DNA of 62,006 nt, counting the filler, from Dimargaris cristalligena (taxonomy: Eukaryota): NCBI GenBank assembly GCA_003614675.1. It is 3 parts of 3 records of this genome, joined end to end, with 100 filler letters (N's around TTAATTAATTAA, not from the genome) between each part and the next. Parts side by side here need not be neighbours in the genome. Positions count along the whole stretch, not along the records: positions 41,429 to 62,006 come from ML002692.1; 2 more parts are not named here. One strand, written 5' to 3'. Made by a program: the position numbers and the translations under genes. This document shows, piece by piece, positions 50,123-60,779 of the stretch. Each line of letters opens with the position of its first letter. Position 1 is the stretch's first letter. The notes under the pieces were generated by a model that was not told the origin of the DNA, searched no databases, and worked only from the letters and a program-made list of their open reading frames with translations.

Positions 50123-52510
50123 ATGGTACGCCCACTCGTCGGCCATGCTCAACATGGTCTCGGAGTAGCGCTGAGTCGCTCGACATGCCGTAGCCCGGCT
50201 AACCGTGTCCGAGTCACGGACCCTTGGCGTGGCCTAGGTCTTTGTTCGATCCCCCGCCTGTCCAAAACTACTCGCCCCTGGACTGCCCGGGTACCTGGTT
50301 GCGCGGCTGTTACAGGCCCCATGGGTCGGAAGTACCATCATCGACTGGCCCTACCACTACCCTGTTCCAATATACACGGATATGGTGGTATTACGGATTG
50401 CCCGGGTCACTCCTTGCGTCACACTAGGCTTCATCCTCGAGTACTGACTACCTCGGCTTTATGGCGACACGCGGGCCACCACCTCCACCATTCTATGGAC
50501 CCCGTGCCCAGTGGCCCCAGCGAACAGGAACAGCTGTTACATGCGTTCCGAAATTATAACGGTAAGTCATCCGGTGTCTGATTTTCAATTTCAATTTAAT
50601 AGATGCGAGCTCGCCGGTAGCTATACTATAAATTCATAAACGTATTGTTTCTGGAGGGGATTCAATTGTCTTTTTTCCCAATATGCGACTCGGATCATTA
50701 TTTGGAGAATAGCTTGCTTATAAGCACCGTTCTAATATTCGGTCTATATGTGAATTATCCTTATTATCCAATGATTTTCATCTTAACGGGATATTAGATC
50801 CGGGATCCCGAATCACACTCATTGGGATGGCTACTAACGTCTTACTGACAGCTGTGAAAGGTGTCGGGGGATGGTATGTGTCACGACTTCTACTCGATAC
50901 TAAAAAAAAAACATTGACCTGACGATCAGTGTGTTGTTTAGGGTTCCCATACAAATAATGAAGTCCACAGTACTCAATCTACCCATCCTTTTAATGATGG
51001 CGTTACTAATGACACTATATCCCAGCCTTTACCCCCCCCCCCTTTTAACTCTATAAATTCTTAAACTAGGTTTACGAATTCGGCATCTTTGATTGCTGAC
51101 GCAGCCCATTCATTAAGCGGTAAGTATACTGGCAAGTGTCAAATCATTGCAAGCGCTTTGCCCCCATAAAGTCCGCCCTAATACCTATATCAATTCACAC
51201 TTTCTTCATTAGTAAGTGGAGTTACTGAACTTACTGATGCTGATCGACTATTCTTAATAAATTTTTTGTCTATGCAGATCTGATCAGCGATTTTGTTACA
51301 TTATTTACATTCAAAATGGCCCGACGACCGGCTGATAGAAAATACCCATTTGGCTATGGTAGGTCCACAACTAAATCTAGGAGCAGTCTCTACCCATTGA
51401 ATACTATATGTTGAAGACGCGACCAATTCGTTTATTTCGCCTAATCTGATTTTCCATGACCCCCCCTCAATATGCTTCAAGATCGCCACTACCTCTAACT
51501 GCACGACTCTTTTATTTGACGTGTGACATGTATTGGCTCTGCATCTAACAATGCATATTGCCTCTCCCCTACAACCAACAGGCCGCTTCGAACCGCTGGG
51601 AACCCTCGGGGTATCCTTCTTCTTGATTGCCGCTTCGGTGGGGATCGGCCAACATTCATTCGAGCTTCTATACCAGATGTTGCCTGGCCTAAGTGATTCG
51701 TTGGGCCAGACCCTCCCGCGCGCGTTTCCACCTGAAGTGGTAGAATCCCTCAAGACCCATATTATGCAAATTATGGTCTACATTGGTAACCATATACCGG
51801 AACACCACCACGAAGCCGCGATTCCCATCCATTCCAGCGCCCTGTGGTTTGCGGCCGTTTCCGTGGTGGCCAAGGAACTCCTCTACCAGAGCACCATGTC
51901 GGTAGCGCGCAAGCTTAACAGTCAGGTGCTGGTGGCTAATGCCTGGCATCATCGTAGCGACGCTTACTCCAGTATCATTGCGGCCGCCGCTATTTTAGGC
52001 GCCCAGCTGGGGGTGCCCATTCTGGACCCCTTGGGCGGTATGGTGGTTGCGGCTATATTGATCAAAAACGGGTGTAGTATTGGCTGGGAGGCTATGCAGG
52101 AACTCGTGGACCGATCGGCTCTATCATCGACGCAGATTACCAAGCAGGTCGAACAGCTGTTAGGTGCAACTCCAGATCAGCACCAGCCCTCTGATTATAC
52201 CTCCCCTACAGACTACAGTATTAAACACGGGGCTTCGGCGTCTTCCCCACTGACGAATACGCAATGGGCGCCCTACGCCAGGGTGGTGGACGTCAAAACA
52301 CGTAAATACGGACCCGATTTTCGGGTTCAGGTGACCTTACAAATACGCCCAGTCTCAGCGGTGGTCTCGCATACGGAAGAGACTTTACCGCCACCACCTG
52401 GTGTAATCGATTTACTAGACCTTCAAGAGGCCATCAAACGTGATATATTCCAAAAAGTCGAGCATGTTCAAGAGGTCACCATCGTGTGGTCAGCATCCCC
52501 CCAAGGCTAA
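50123..52510 (+). CDS. Mitochondrial cation diffusion facilitator, Mmt1/Mmt2-like metal transporter (5 exons, about 524 aa)
   Basis: Exons 50123-50561, 50798-50873, 51070-51119, 51278-51358, 51582-52510, in phase. Arg-rich presequence, HAGHHLHH, DPGSRITLIG, NSASLIADAAHSLSDLISDFVTL, YPFGYGRFE, VANAWHHRSDA, LDPLGG. Confidence 0.93.
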
Positions 52511-53423
52511 TTAATTCATAGAGTGGACCAGGCGCTTAAAGGGGGCTATATATAGCGTCGATAAGCGATTATCATACCATGCTACGTCTTGAGAAACCTG
52601 GGGGCCCTCCGACTCTTATTTAGCCTGTTTTTTTTTTACTATAACTTTGGTTTAAGGTTTTAACCCATTTGAGCATTAAGTTATTCGTTCTTGTGACTCT
52701 CCTCTTATACGAAATAGCGCGATTTTAGACTTTAAAAATTGCGGATTATTATAAACAAAAATTATCTATAGCGTCTGCAACCCCTAATTATCTTATCGAG
52801 CAGGCGTGGAATATCCAGGCCCCACTCAATTTTTACAGTAGGGAATAGTTTCCCCGTTCGATAAAAAACTCAATTACATCGGGCATATATTATATAAAAG
52901 TTGAGGGAGGGCATATCACCCCCATTTCTCCAATTATACGCAATGTTCGATTATTCAGCCATCGATTACTCCATATAATGTCTAGATATTTTGGCGTAAC
53001 TTCCAAATGCACTGACTCTCCTTAATATCAAGTATGGTATTAATAACCCGCTCTATTTTATTCAAGCCGGCGATAACGATATGCAGAGAAAATACGACGT
53101 GAAGATAATTGCAGTCAGATATTGACCATAAGAATCCGACCAAGCAGCATAAGAGAGTACTGAAGGAACGAAACGAAAGTAGTGTTTTAAAATGGATAGC
53201 TGAAATTAAAGCACCATATAGTTGAGAGGATAGGATGTGATTGCTAATAACTGGTGGTGGCCAGTATATTCAGTAAATGAAGGAAGAGGGTAAGGCGTGT
53301 CGCGTGATTAAAATAGACCAGTAGTAGTAGTTCCAGAAAAATGTATGTATAAGAAACAGTCACACAGGGTTGCTAAATAAAATATATGAACAACTCTATT
53401 CCATGGTATGTTACGGAGACACT

Positions 53424-54653
53424 TTAGGCCGAGGGGTTGGCTTCCACGGCGGCTTGAAGGGCCTGCAGAACATCCTGGACCAGGTCCTGGGTGTCTTCCA
53501 CACCGACGGATAGCCGGATCAGGTTGTCGGTGATGCCCAGAACGGCGCGGTCTTCGGCGCTTACGGCACCGTGGGTCATGATGGCGGGGAGCTCGCACAG
53601 GGATTCCACTCCGCCGAGACTCTCGGCCAGGGTAAAGAGCTTGACGTTCTGGAGGAACCGGTCGGCCGTGGCGAGATCGCCCCGGATGCGGAAGGTCACC
53701 ATACCACCGAAGCCGCTCTGTTGACGCTGGGCCAGTTCGTACTGGGGGTGGGATGGCAGACCGGGGTAGATGACATTCTCAACCAGGCCGGAAGCGGCCT
53801 CGAGGGCCTCGGCGACGGCGAGGGCGTTGGTCTCGTGCTGCCGCATGCGCAGGTGCAGAGTCTTCAAACCCCGGTGGGCCATGAAGCAGTCAAAAGGGGC
53901 GGGGATGGCCCCGATGGAGTTCTGCAGGAACTTGAGCTTGTCGTAAATCTGGGCGTCCCGCATAGCGGCGACTCCCAAGACCACATCGGAATGACCGTTG
54001 ATGTATTTGGTGCAGGAGTGGACGACGATATCAGCACCGAGCTCCAGAGGGTTCTGGAAGTAGGGCGACAGGAAGGTGTTGTCAACAACTAGAATGGCGC
54101 CAAACTCGTGGGCAATATCGGCAATGGCGCGGACATCAACGAGGCGCAGGGTAGGGTTGGTCGGTGTTTCGAGCCACACCATGCGGGTGTTGTCCTGCAT
54201 GGCATTGCGGAGGTTGGTGGGGTCAAACAGATCCACAAACGTGGCCTTGACGTTGCTGTTGGGGGCCACCTTGGTGAAGTAGCGGTAGGTGCCGCCGTAC
54301 ACATCGTTGACGGAGACAATGTGGGAGCCGCCGGGGAGCATGTTGACGAGGGTGGCGGTAGTGGCGGAGCCCGACGCAAAGGCCAGGGCGTAGTTGGCCT
54401 TCTCCAGAGCGGCAATGGCAGTCTCAAAGTCGGCGCGGTTGGGGTTGCCCGAGCGGGAGTACTCGAAACCCTGGTGGACGCCCACCGCGGACTGCTTGTA
54501 GGTGGTGGACAAGGAGAGGGCGGGGATCACAGCACCGGTATGCGGGTCAGGCTCCTGGCCGGCGTGGATGGCCAGAGTAGCAAATGCGTACTTGGACGGA
54601 GCCGGGGCAACATTGCTGGGGGCAACGGGGGAGGTAGTGGAAATAACAGTCAT
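53424..54653 (-). CDS. CYS3: Cystathionine gamma-lyase (intronless, 409 aa)
   Basis: FATLAIHAGQ, FEYSRSGNPNR, DVYGGTYRYF, ETPTNP, VVDNTF, PLP-lysine motif HSCTKYINGHSD, TLAESLGGVESL, LIRLSVGVED. Confidence 0.97.
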   Translation of the reverse strand: MTVISTTSPVAPSNVAPAPSKYAFATLAIHAGQEPDPHTGAVIPALSLSTTYKQSAVGVHQGFEYSRSGNPNRADFETAIAALEKANYALAFASGSATTATLVNMLPGGSHIVSVNDVYGGTYRYFTKVAPNSNVKATFVDLFDPTNLRNAMQDNTRMVWLETPTNPTLRLVDVRAIADIAHEFGAILVVDNTFLSPYFQNPLELGADIVVHSCTKYINGHSDVVLGVAAMRDAQIYDKLKFLQNSIGAIPAPFDCFMAHRGLKTLHLRMRQHETNALAVAEALEAASGLVENVIYPGLPSHPQYELAQRQQSGFGGMVTFRIRGDLATADRFLQNVKLFTLAESLGGVESLCELPAIMTHGAVSAEDRAVLGITDNLIRLSVGVEDTQDLVQDVLQALQAAVEANPSA

Positions 54654-56192
54654 GTTTGGGAAAATAGTGTGTGTGTGGGGGGGTGCAGTGTGAGGAGGAA
54701 GAATATATTTTTACAGGGAGAAGCCGATGGAAGTGGTGAGCGTGGCAGTACTAGGTGGAAGGTGCAGAGGGGGATATATATATATATAAAGAGAGAGAGA
54801 GCAGCTTCAGTGAACCAGAGAGTAAACGAGGGGAAGGGTGGGGGAATGTGGCCCGATAATTGAATCTGGCTAGATTAAAAAAAGCAGAGTACTACTGACT
54901 GGTTGGTTGGACGGAAATGCAACCGAAAATATATACGGCGAGTCGAACAGTCCAAGCGTGTAAACGCAGATGGGTGACCGTGTGGCTCCTGGGTCGACAG
55001 GCGCGTTGATTGGTCAGCAGCCCGGCCAGTCAAAGCTGTTTCGAAGCACGCAATAAACGCAGAATCAGAATGATGAAACCCTCCGGAAAAGGCACAATAA
55101 GCGTGTGTGGTTGGATCACCACCCACTCCACTATCATCACCCAAGCGGTTCTACCTGCTACAGATAGTTTGGCTACTGTGACTATAATTACTAACTAACT
55201 AACCAACTAGCTCGTTACCTGTCTGACTAATCCACTCGACCTGGAGCCGAGTGCTCGGTTGGTTGGGCAGTGAAACCGAGAGGGGAAATGGAACCGGAGG
55301 AATACCGTATACAAGTTACGCAGGGGAAGCAGGCATTATGACCAAATGGAGATGGTGCTATACTACTAAAACAGTCCAGGGGCGGCGATTGCGCGGAGGT
55401 TGGACAAAGGGCTTTTGTTACAAGATGTGGTGTGGATTTGGGGAGTCCTGAGCATCACTGCTGTAGGCAGGAAAAGTCCCACACGCCTCTTCTATAGGAG
55501 GAACTAACCACGTCGGTCGAACGGGCTCTATTTGGGCGAAGCTACTTGGTGCTGTCGAGTGACTACTACGGTGAACCCCTTGTTGGGCGGCATCATCAAC
55601 CTCCCAAACGGATGGATTAGTAATGCAAGAGGGATGGGGAGCCTCTCAAGCTAGGCCACGCTCAATTTACGCCGATCCTGGCGATGTTTTGGGTAGCCGC
55701 AGTGGATTCAAATGGCGTGCTAGCCGGCTTTCTTCATCACTCTGACAAATCCATGCTGTTCAGTCCGTCCATAAAATAAACCTAGTATAGTATGGGGCGG
55801 TTTCAATCTGTGCTATATAGTAATTGTCGCTGCTAATTTATCGAAAGATTAAAGTCCCTGTGACGTTAAATATGATTGAGCATCTCTTCTCCTAAAAAAT
55901 AATATATAGACTATTCGATAGAGCGGCGGTAGTACGTAGACGAATTGGTAGTATAGTTCTACTTGCGGAATATTCCATGTAGTTAGTGTACAACACAAAC
56001 TCCCCCCCTTATTCACATCTTCCTACCCAATTTTATAAAGGGACGCCTACCGCGCGTGTACCACGGCCATGTATTGGCCACCCATTTCACACCTTTCATT
56101 CTATACTGCTTAGTGGATACCTTACATTTTAGGGCCTAAGTCTGCCCAATAGGTCAGCGCGGCATGTGTAAGAAGAAAAGGGCGCACAATCC

Positions 56193-56336
56193 ATATGGGT
56201 GAAGTTCAGCTTGGTTGTATAAGGTTTTAACCGATATGTGTATGGGAAAACTGGTGGGATGTTTATTTTCAACCAGCAGTACTTGCCTCTTCAAATGGAT
56301 TTTTCGTTATACAGCCTTGTTGAACTACTCCCATAT
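56193..56336. mobile_element. 144-bp self-complementary (MITE-like) element, copy 1
   Basis: ATAT-GGGTGAAGTTCA...TGAACTACTCCC-ATAT. 134 of 144 positions match the reverse complement of 57848-57991. The terminal 40 nt pair with each other without gaps. Confidence 0.65.
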
Positions 56337-57847
56337 TGCCGAACATCCACTTACAAAGGCCCACCGAACTGGTTTGACCAGAACCAATTATAGAGTATGT
56401 GTGGGGAATGCCACATACTATTATATTAATCCCGCCTCCCTTTCTTTCCACCCTAGGCCAGGTGCCAGTTAAATTATTTGGTTGCAGCGGAGGATACTGG
56501 GTGGATATACCGAACCTATTGCCTCTATCATCTAGAGAAGTAGGTGTTAGCGGGGCTCAATTGCACATTGCAATTCTATTTTCGGATAGCCGTCCAAAAG
56601 CAGTCCTCCCAAGCTGTTTGTGGCAGCTTTATTTATCATGATACTAAATAAAGCCCAATTTTAGTGGTGGGAGAGGTGCAACCTGGTTTTAAACCAAACA
56701 TCCGTAATGGAATTTAGAGGCCATGGGAAATCGAGGTGAAAATAGGCACCAAAACACACAGTTGATTGACCATTGTTGTCCGGAAGACATTCTAATTTCG
56801 ATACAGCGCCTTCTCCCGAATACCGAAGGATATCATGACCAGCCCATTAAGTCAACCTATCTATCCAGTAAACAGTACAATAGCACCAGTACAGGCACCC
56901 CCGCTAACTCCTGGTCCCCGCATCCCTCCGCACCTGCGTGACTTGTCTATTGCAGATCAACTGGTGGTATCTGGCGGGGGGCTACCAAAGGCGGGGCTGG
57001 TGAGAACCCCAATTAAGTGCAATGTAATGTGACCTCCTGACTCAAATCCCACCCACTCCCCCCTTTTTACGTTCTGATTAGTCAAATAGGCACCGTGTGC
57101 CTTGTTTTGAATTAACCCATTCACACCTCGCATTCCACCTTCACATAGCCAATCTATCCATCAAATGGGTTACCCTACGTTTAACAGCAGTCACGAGTGG
57201 GGTAAACAATTCCAGGCTTTCGTAATCTGGCTGTGATGATATATGGTGCCCATACGTCATGGACATCGGCTGACCCATGCTTACCTGTTCGTGCTTCTCA
57301 TCTGTACAGCGTGGTCAGGCCGATAGTGTGGTTTTTACGTAAGCTGAATGGCCCATATTGTCACCTGTTGGCACTCTAAGACACTCATTTATTATTAAAC
57401 GACCGCGAGATACTTACAACTATGTTCTAATAATGCCTATTATAACCCTATTCGTAAACAGTCATCTTGCTAAATTCAGTTTTATATAAATGCGAATCTA
57501 ATTTTAACCGAACATCCTACTAAATGGAATCTCTAATGGAACTGAAAGTAAAATCCCCCCAAGAAAATTCTTTGGAAATTGGTGTGATTCCCGAGTAAAA
57601 TTTAAAGGGCGGCGAGTGGTAAGGAATGCCGGTTTTGGTGTTGGTGTTGCACCCAACCACCCTATCAATGAGTGACTCTGGGTTGTCAGCGGTCCAGCAT
57701 TTAAACCGACCGAACCACATAAAACATTGCTTGGCAAATATAGTGCTAATTAGGTAAATATAAAGGGTGCTCTATTATTCACCATCGTAGTAATGTAATA
57801 GTACCATCATCTTCAATAACCATAAGATACAATGCTTTAATTAGATA

Positions 57848-57991
57848 ATATGGGAGTAGTTCAACAAGGCTATATAACGAAAAATCCATTTGATGAGGCA
57901 AATACTACTGGTTGAAAATAAACATCCCGCCGATTTTCCCAAACACATAACGGTTAAAACCTTATACAGCCAAGCTGAACTTCACCCATAT
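57848..57991. mobile_element. 144-bp self-complementary (MITE-like) element, copy 2 (inverted)
   Basis: Inverted copy of 56193-56336 with 10 substitutions and no indels. Similarity ends at the ATAT-bounded hairpin ends. Confidence 0.65.
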
Positions 57992-59099
57992 CGACGAGTT
58001 CGACAATGGGTGAAGTAGATACATATCAAGTCGCAAGTATTGTTATAGACCACGGTCGCTAACATTTACTTTACTTTAGTAAATGCTAGTCCCACCATCG
58101 CATTACATGCCAGTCCCTATGGGCTACCAATACTAGCACCGTTCTAACCTGGCGGCACGTTAGCTACAGCCCCTGGCAAAGTTCATCTTTAAGGTTGACT
58201 GTATATGGGGAGAATCATGCAACGGATATTACGCCATGAATGAGGGCTTAATATGTAGGACAACAGCCTTCCCCACCTTGGAAGTGTTCCGATTATTAAT
58301 CCCCTGCTCATAGGGCTCTCCTTAGTTTTAGTTAATAAGTCTGCCTCTCACTTACCACTTTCAAAAATCACTCAATAACGCCACCAGGTTAGGGTGGCAC
58401 CATTTAAAGGTAGCGACCACCTCGTTGCTATGTATACTATAAACATTTTAGCCTCCAACGAAGCTATATGAATACACGGGTGCATTGTTTTTTTTTCCTA
58501 AGCATAATAAAGTGCCGATTAACTAATAAACGGTGGCTCTGGTTCAACAGCATACTTAACCAGTATTCCTCCAGATCACAGCGAGTATAAGAAACGCGGT
58601 GATAGGATCGGCATGTATACTGTTGCACTACACAGTGTCCATTTCGATACCAATGAATGTTATATATGGGACCACGGCAGTTTTCTTGGTGCTGCCTTTG
58701 CTAACATGCTACTACAAGTGATGACAATTCGGTACAACCAAAGTTTGATGTCGTTTTCAGTATCGCTTGGAAATCCAAGTTAACCGAGTGGGGGAGGGGG
58801 GGAAGAATATGTAACTCCACTCAGAATTAATTGCTCTTATATTACGGCATTTTCTTTTATAATGACATAGTTCAGCTGAATAGGTTGGATGCGAGCGCGG
58901 GTATGGCAGCCCCACTTTGTATTAATTTAGGCTCGCCGGGGAAGATATTACTCAACTCCATGGACAACTCCCCCCTGACATTACCGGTAAGTTTCGAATG
59001 GCATCCTTTTATTGGTTTGTAATGGAGAACATCCTTCATTAAACGGCGTAGTTTGCCGGCACAGGCGGTTAAACCGGATAGACATTGCCCTTCTGCAAC

Positions 59100-60779
59100 T
59101 CACCAGGGCTTGTAAGGCAAAAAGGCACCGTCCAGCGTAATCTTCACGCGATCACCCTTGGGAGTAGGGACCTATATCGGGGTGGTTTAAAGGATATAGT
59201 ACGATTGAAAGTAGCCAAGGATCAGTTAGCCACGCTATATACATAAATGGGGTGCTTTTGCTGAGCTTACTAGTTCCGATATTTACTTTTGGTATTGGCA
59301 TTGTGTATCAATACACGCTACCTACTAACTGAAGTAACGGAAGTATGAATGTATGGGCTGCTGTTTCAATTATCACTGTAGTATAAATCGGGACCTACTT
59401 TATCCACGTGCATTTTGAAGTTTACGGCACTCATAATGCCATCGCCGAACTGTCGATTTTAATGGATTGTGTAAAAATAGGTCGGGTTAGCCGAAGGCTC
59501 GTAGACGGGAGTGGTTTGCCATCTAGGTCCAAACAACATGGAGAACTCGACTCTGCAGGCTATGTTAGTAGGGGGTCAATTCACTTCATTACTTACCTTC
59601 TCTTGCAGGATGGCCTTAAGTGGAACGCCGTAGTTCTATTAAAGAAACATACATTAGATAAACCAAATTCCTTTGATAAGTACAAATAGCCATACTAGAT
59701 ATAAGTGATCCAAATAGGTGCAATATAGTCCTTAAAATATCCCTGGGATTAGGGTTGAATTTTAGTTTTTACCTGGAAGATTTCAAAGAAACGATAAAGG
59801 ACTGGGTCTCGGGTGTTGGTTTCGATCAATCTGGGTAAGGGTTCAAGGGGACAGAAGGTATACTGGAGATTGTCAAGGTACGGATCAAGGAGAATAGTGG
59901 GCTATTTGATATATGCAATTATTAGATTAGGTCGATAATTGAGTCGCTTCCAGCCCTTGGCATGGTAAAATTGTACTTACCCGCCGCGAGTTGGTAGTCC
60001 AGAAAACACAAAATCTTCGACAAGGGTCTCAGCCGAAAGATTCAGCAGAGCGGCCAAGGTGTTGATATCATCCTTGGAGGGTTGGGCCTGGATTGGAGAG
60101 GTAAATTGGGGGAAAAGGGGAAGTTGAGTAGGACCAATACGACTAGAGCAAAGTAGACAAGTGGCCAATATTACTCAAGCATAATAGGGCTTTAATGACA
60201 TGGGTGGTCGGTACCATCACCCCATTTCACTGAATTGCAAGCCCCTTCTCCGCGAATGTATACGCACTTACCTGCCCGTAGAATAAGGCCGCAACCCACA
60301 CTTCATCGCGGCCGACTTTTTTAGCAATGGCCTCGAACCTGGCAATATTGAATAGAATAGATAACCAACGGTTAGTGTGTATTTTTACATATTTATATAA
60401 ATAGGCGGCTACTGCAGAGCGACCAACGACCGTGTTTTAATGGCACGCATTTGCCCAGTCCCAACCAACCGATGTGCGAGACATGGGTCCCAAGGCGCTA
60501 TAGCAGAAACCCACAGTAATCCGAATATGCTTACGTTAGCCCACTCCGACATTTGGCCTCAAGGAGCTTCTGGCAGCCGGGTGGAAGCGTCTAAAATCAG
60601 ATACCAAGCCCATAATATACTATACAAATAAGTTAACCGTGTACCATACCCGCTCCACTTCGTTTTATAAATACTCGAAATACTATGGCCAACTCTATTT
60701 TAAACCACGCCGCCGTCGTAGCTGGTGTGGTCGCTTAATAGGTTGGCGAATAATGCGGAGCTGGACTTACCTTTATCAT
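59100..60779 (-). CDS. CYN1: Cyanate hydratase (cyanase; 8 coding exons, 152 aa)
   Basis: Exons 60779-60771, 60590-60535, 60338-60272, 60087-59981, 59830-59773, 59635-59597, 59449-59399, 59171-59100, all GT-AG and in phase. Protein: [48 protein letters not shown]...PTRGG...[36 protein letters not shown]...DRVKITLDGAFLPYKPW*. Confidence 0.96.

Noticed and set aside
56215-56472. ORF overlapping the 144-bp element
   Set aside because: Differences between the two copies are mostly non-synonymous and the frame is not conserved beyond the repeat.
57890-57920. Hammerhead-like TTGATGAG...GAAA in the 144-bp element
   Set aside because: C3 is missing, there is no proper stem II abutting GAAA in either copy, and no stem III or NUH site is evident.
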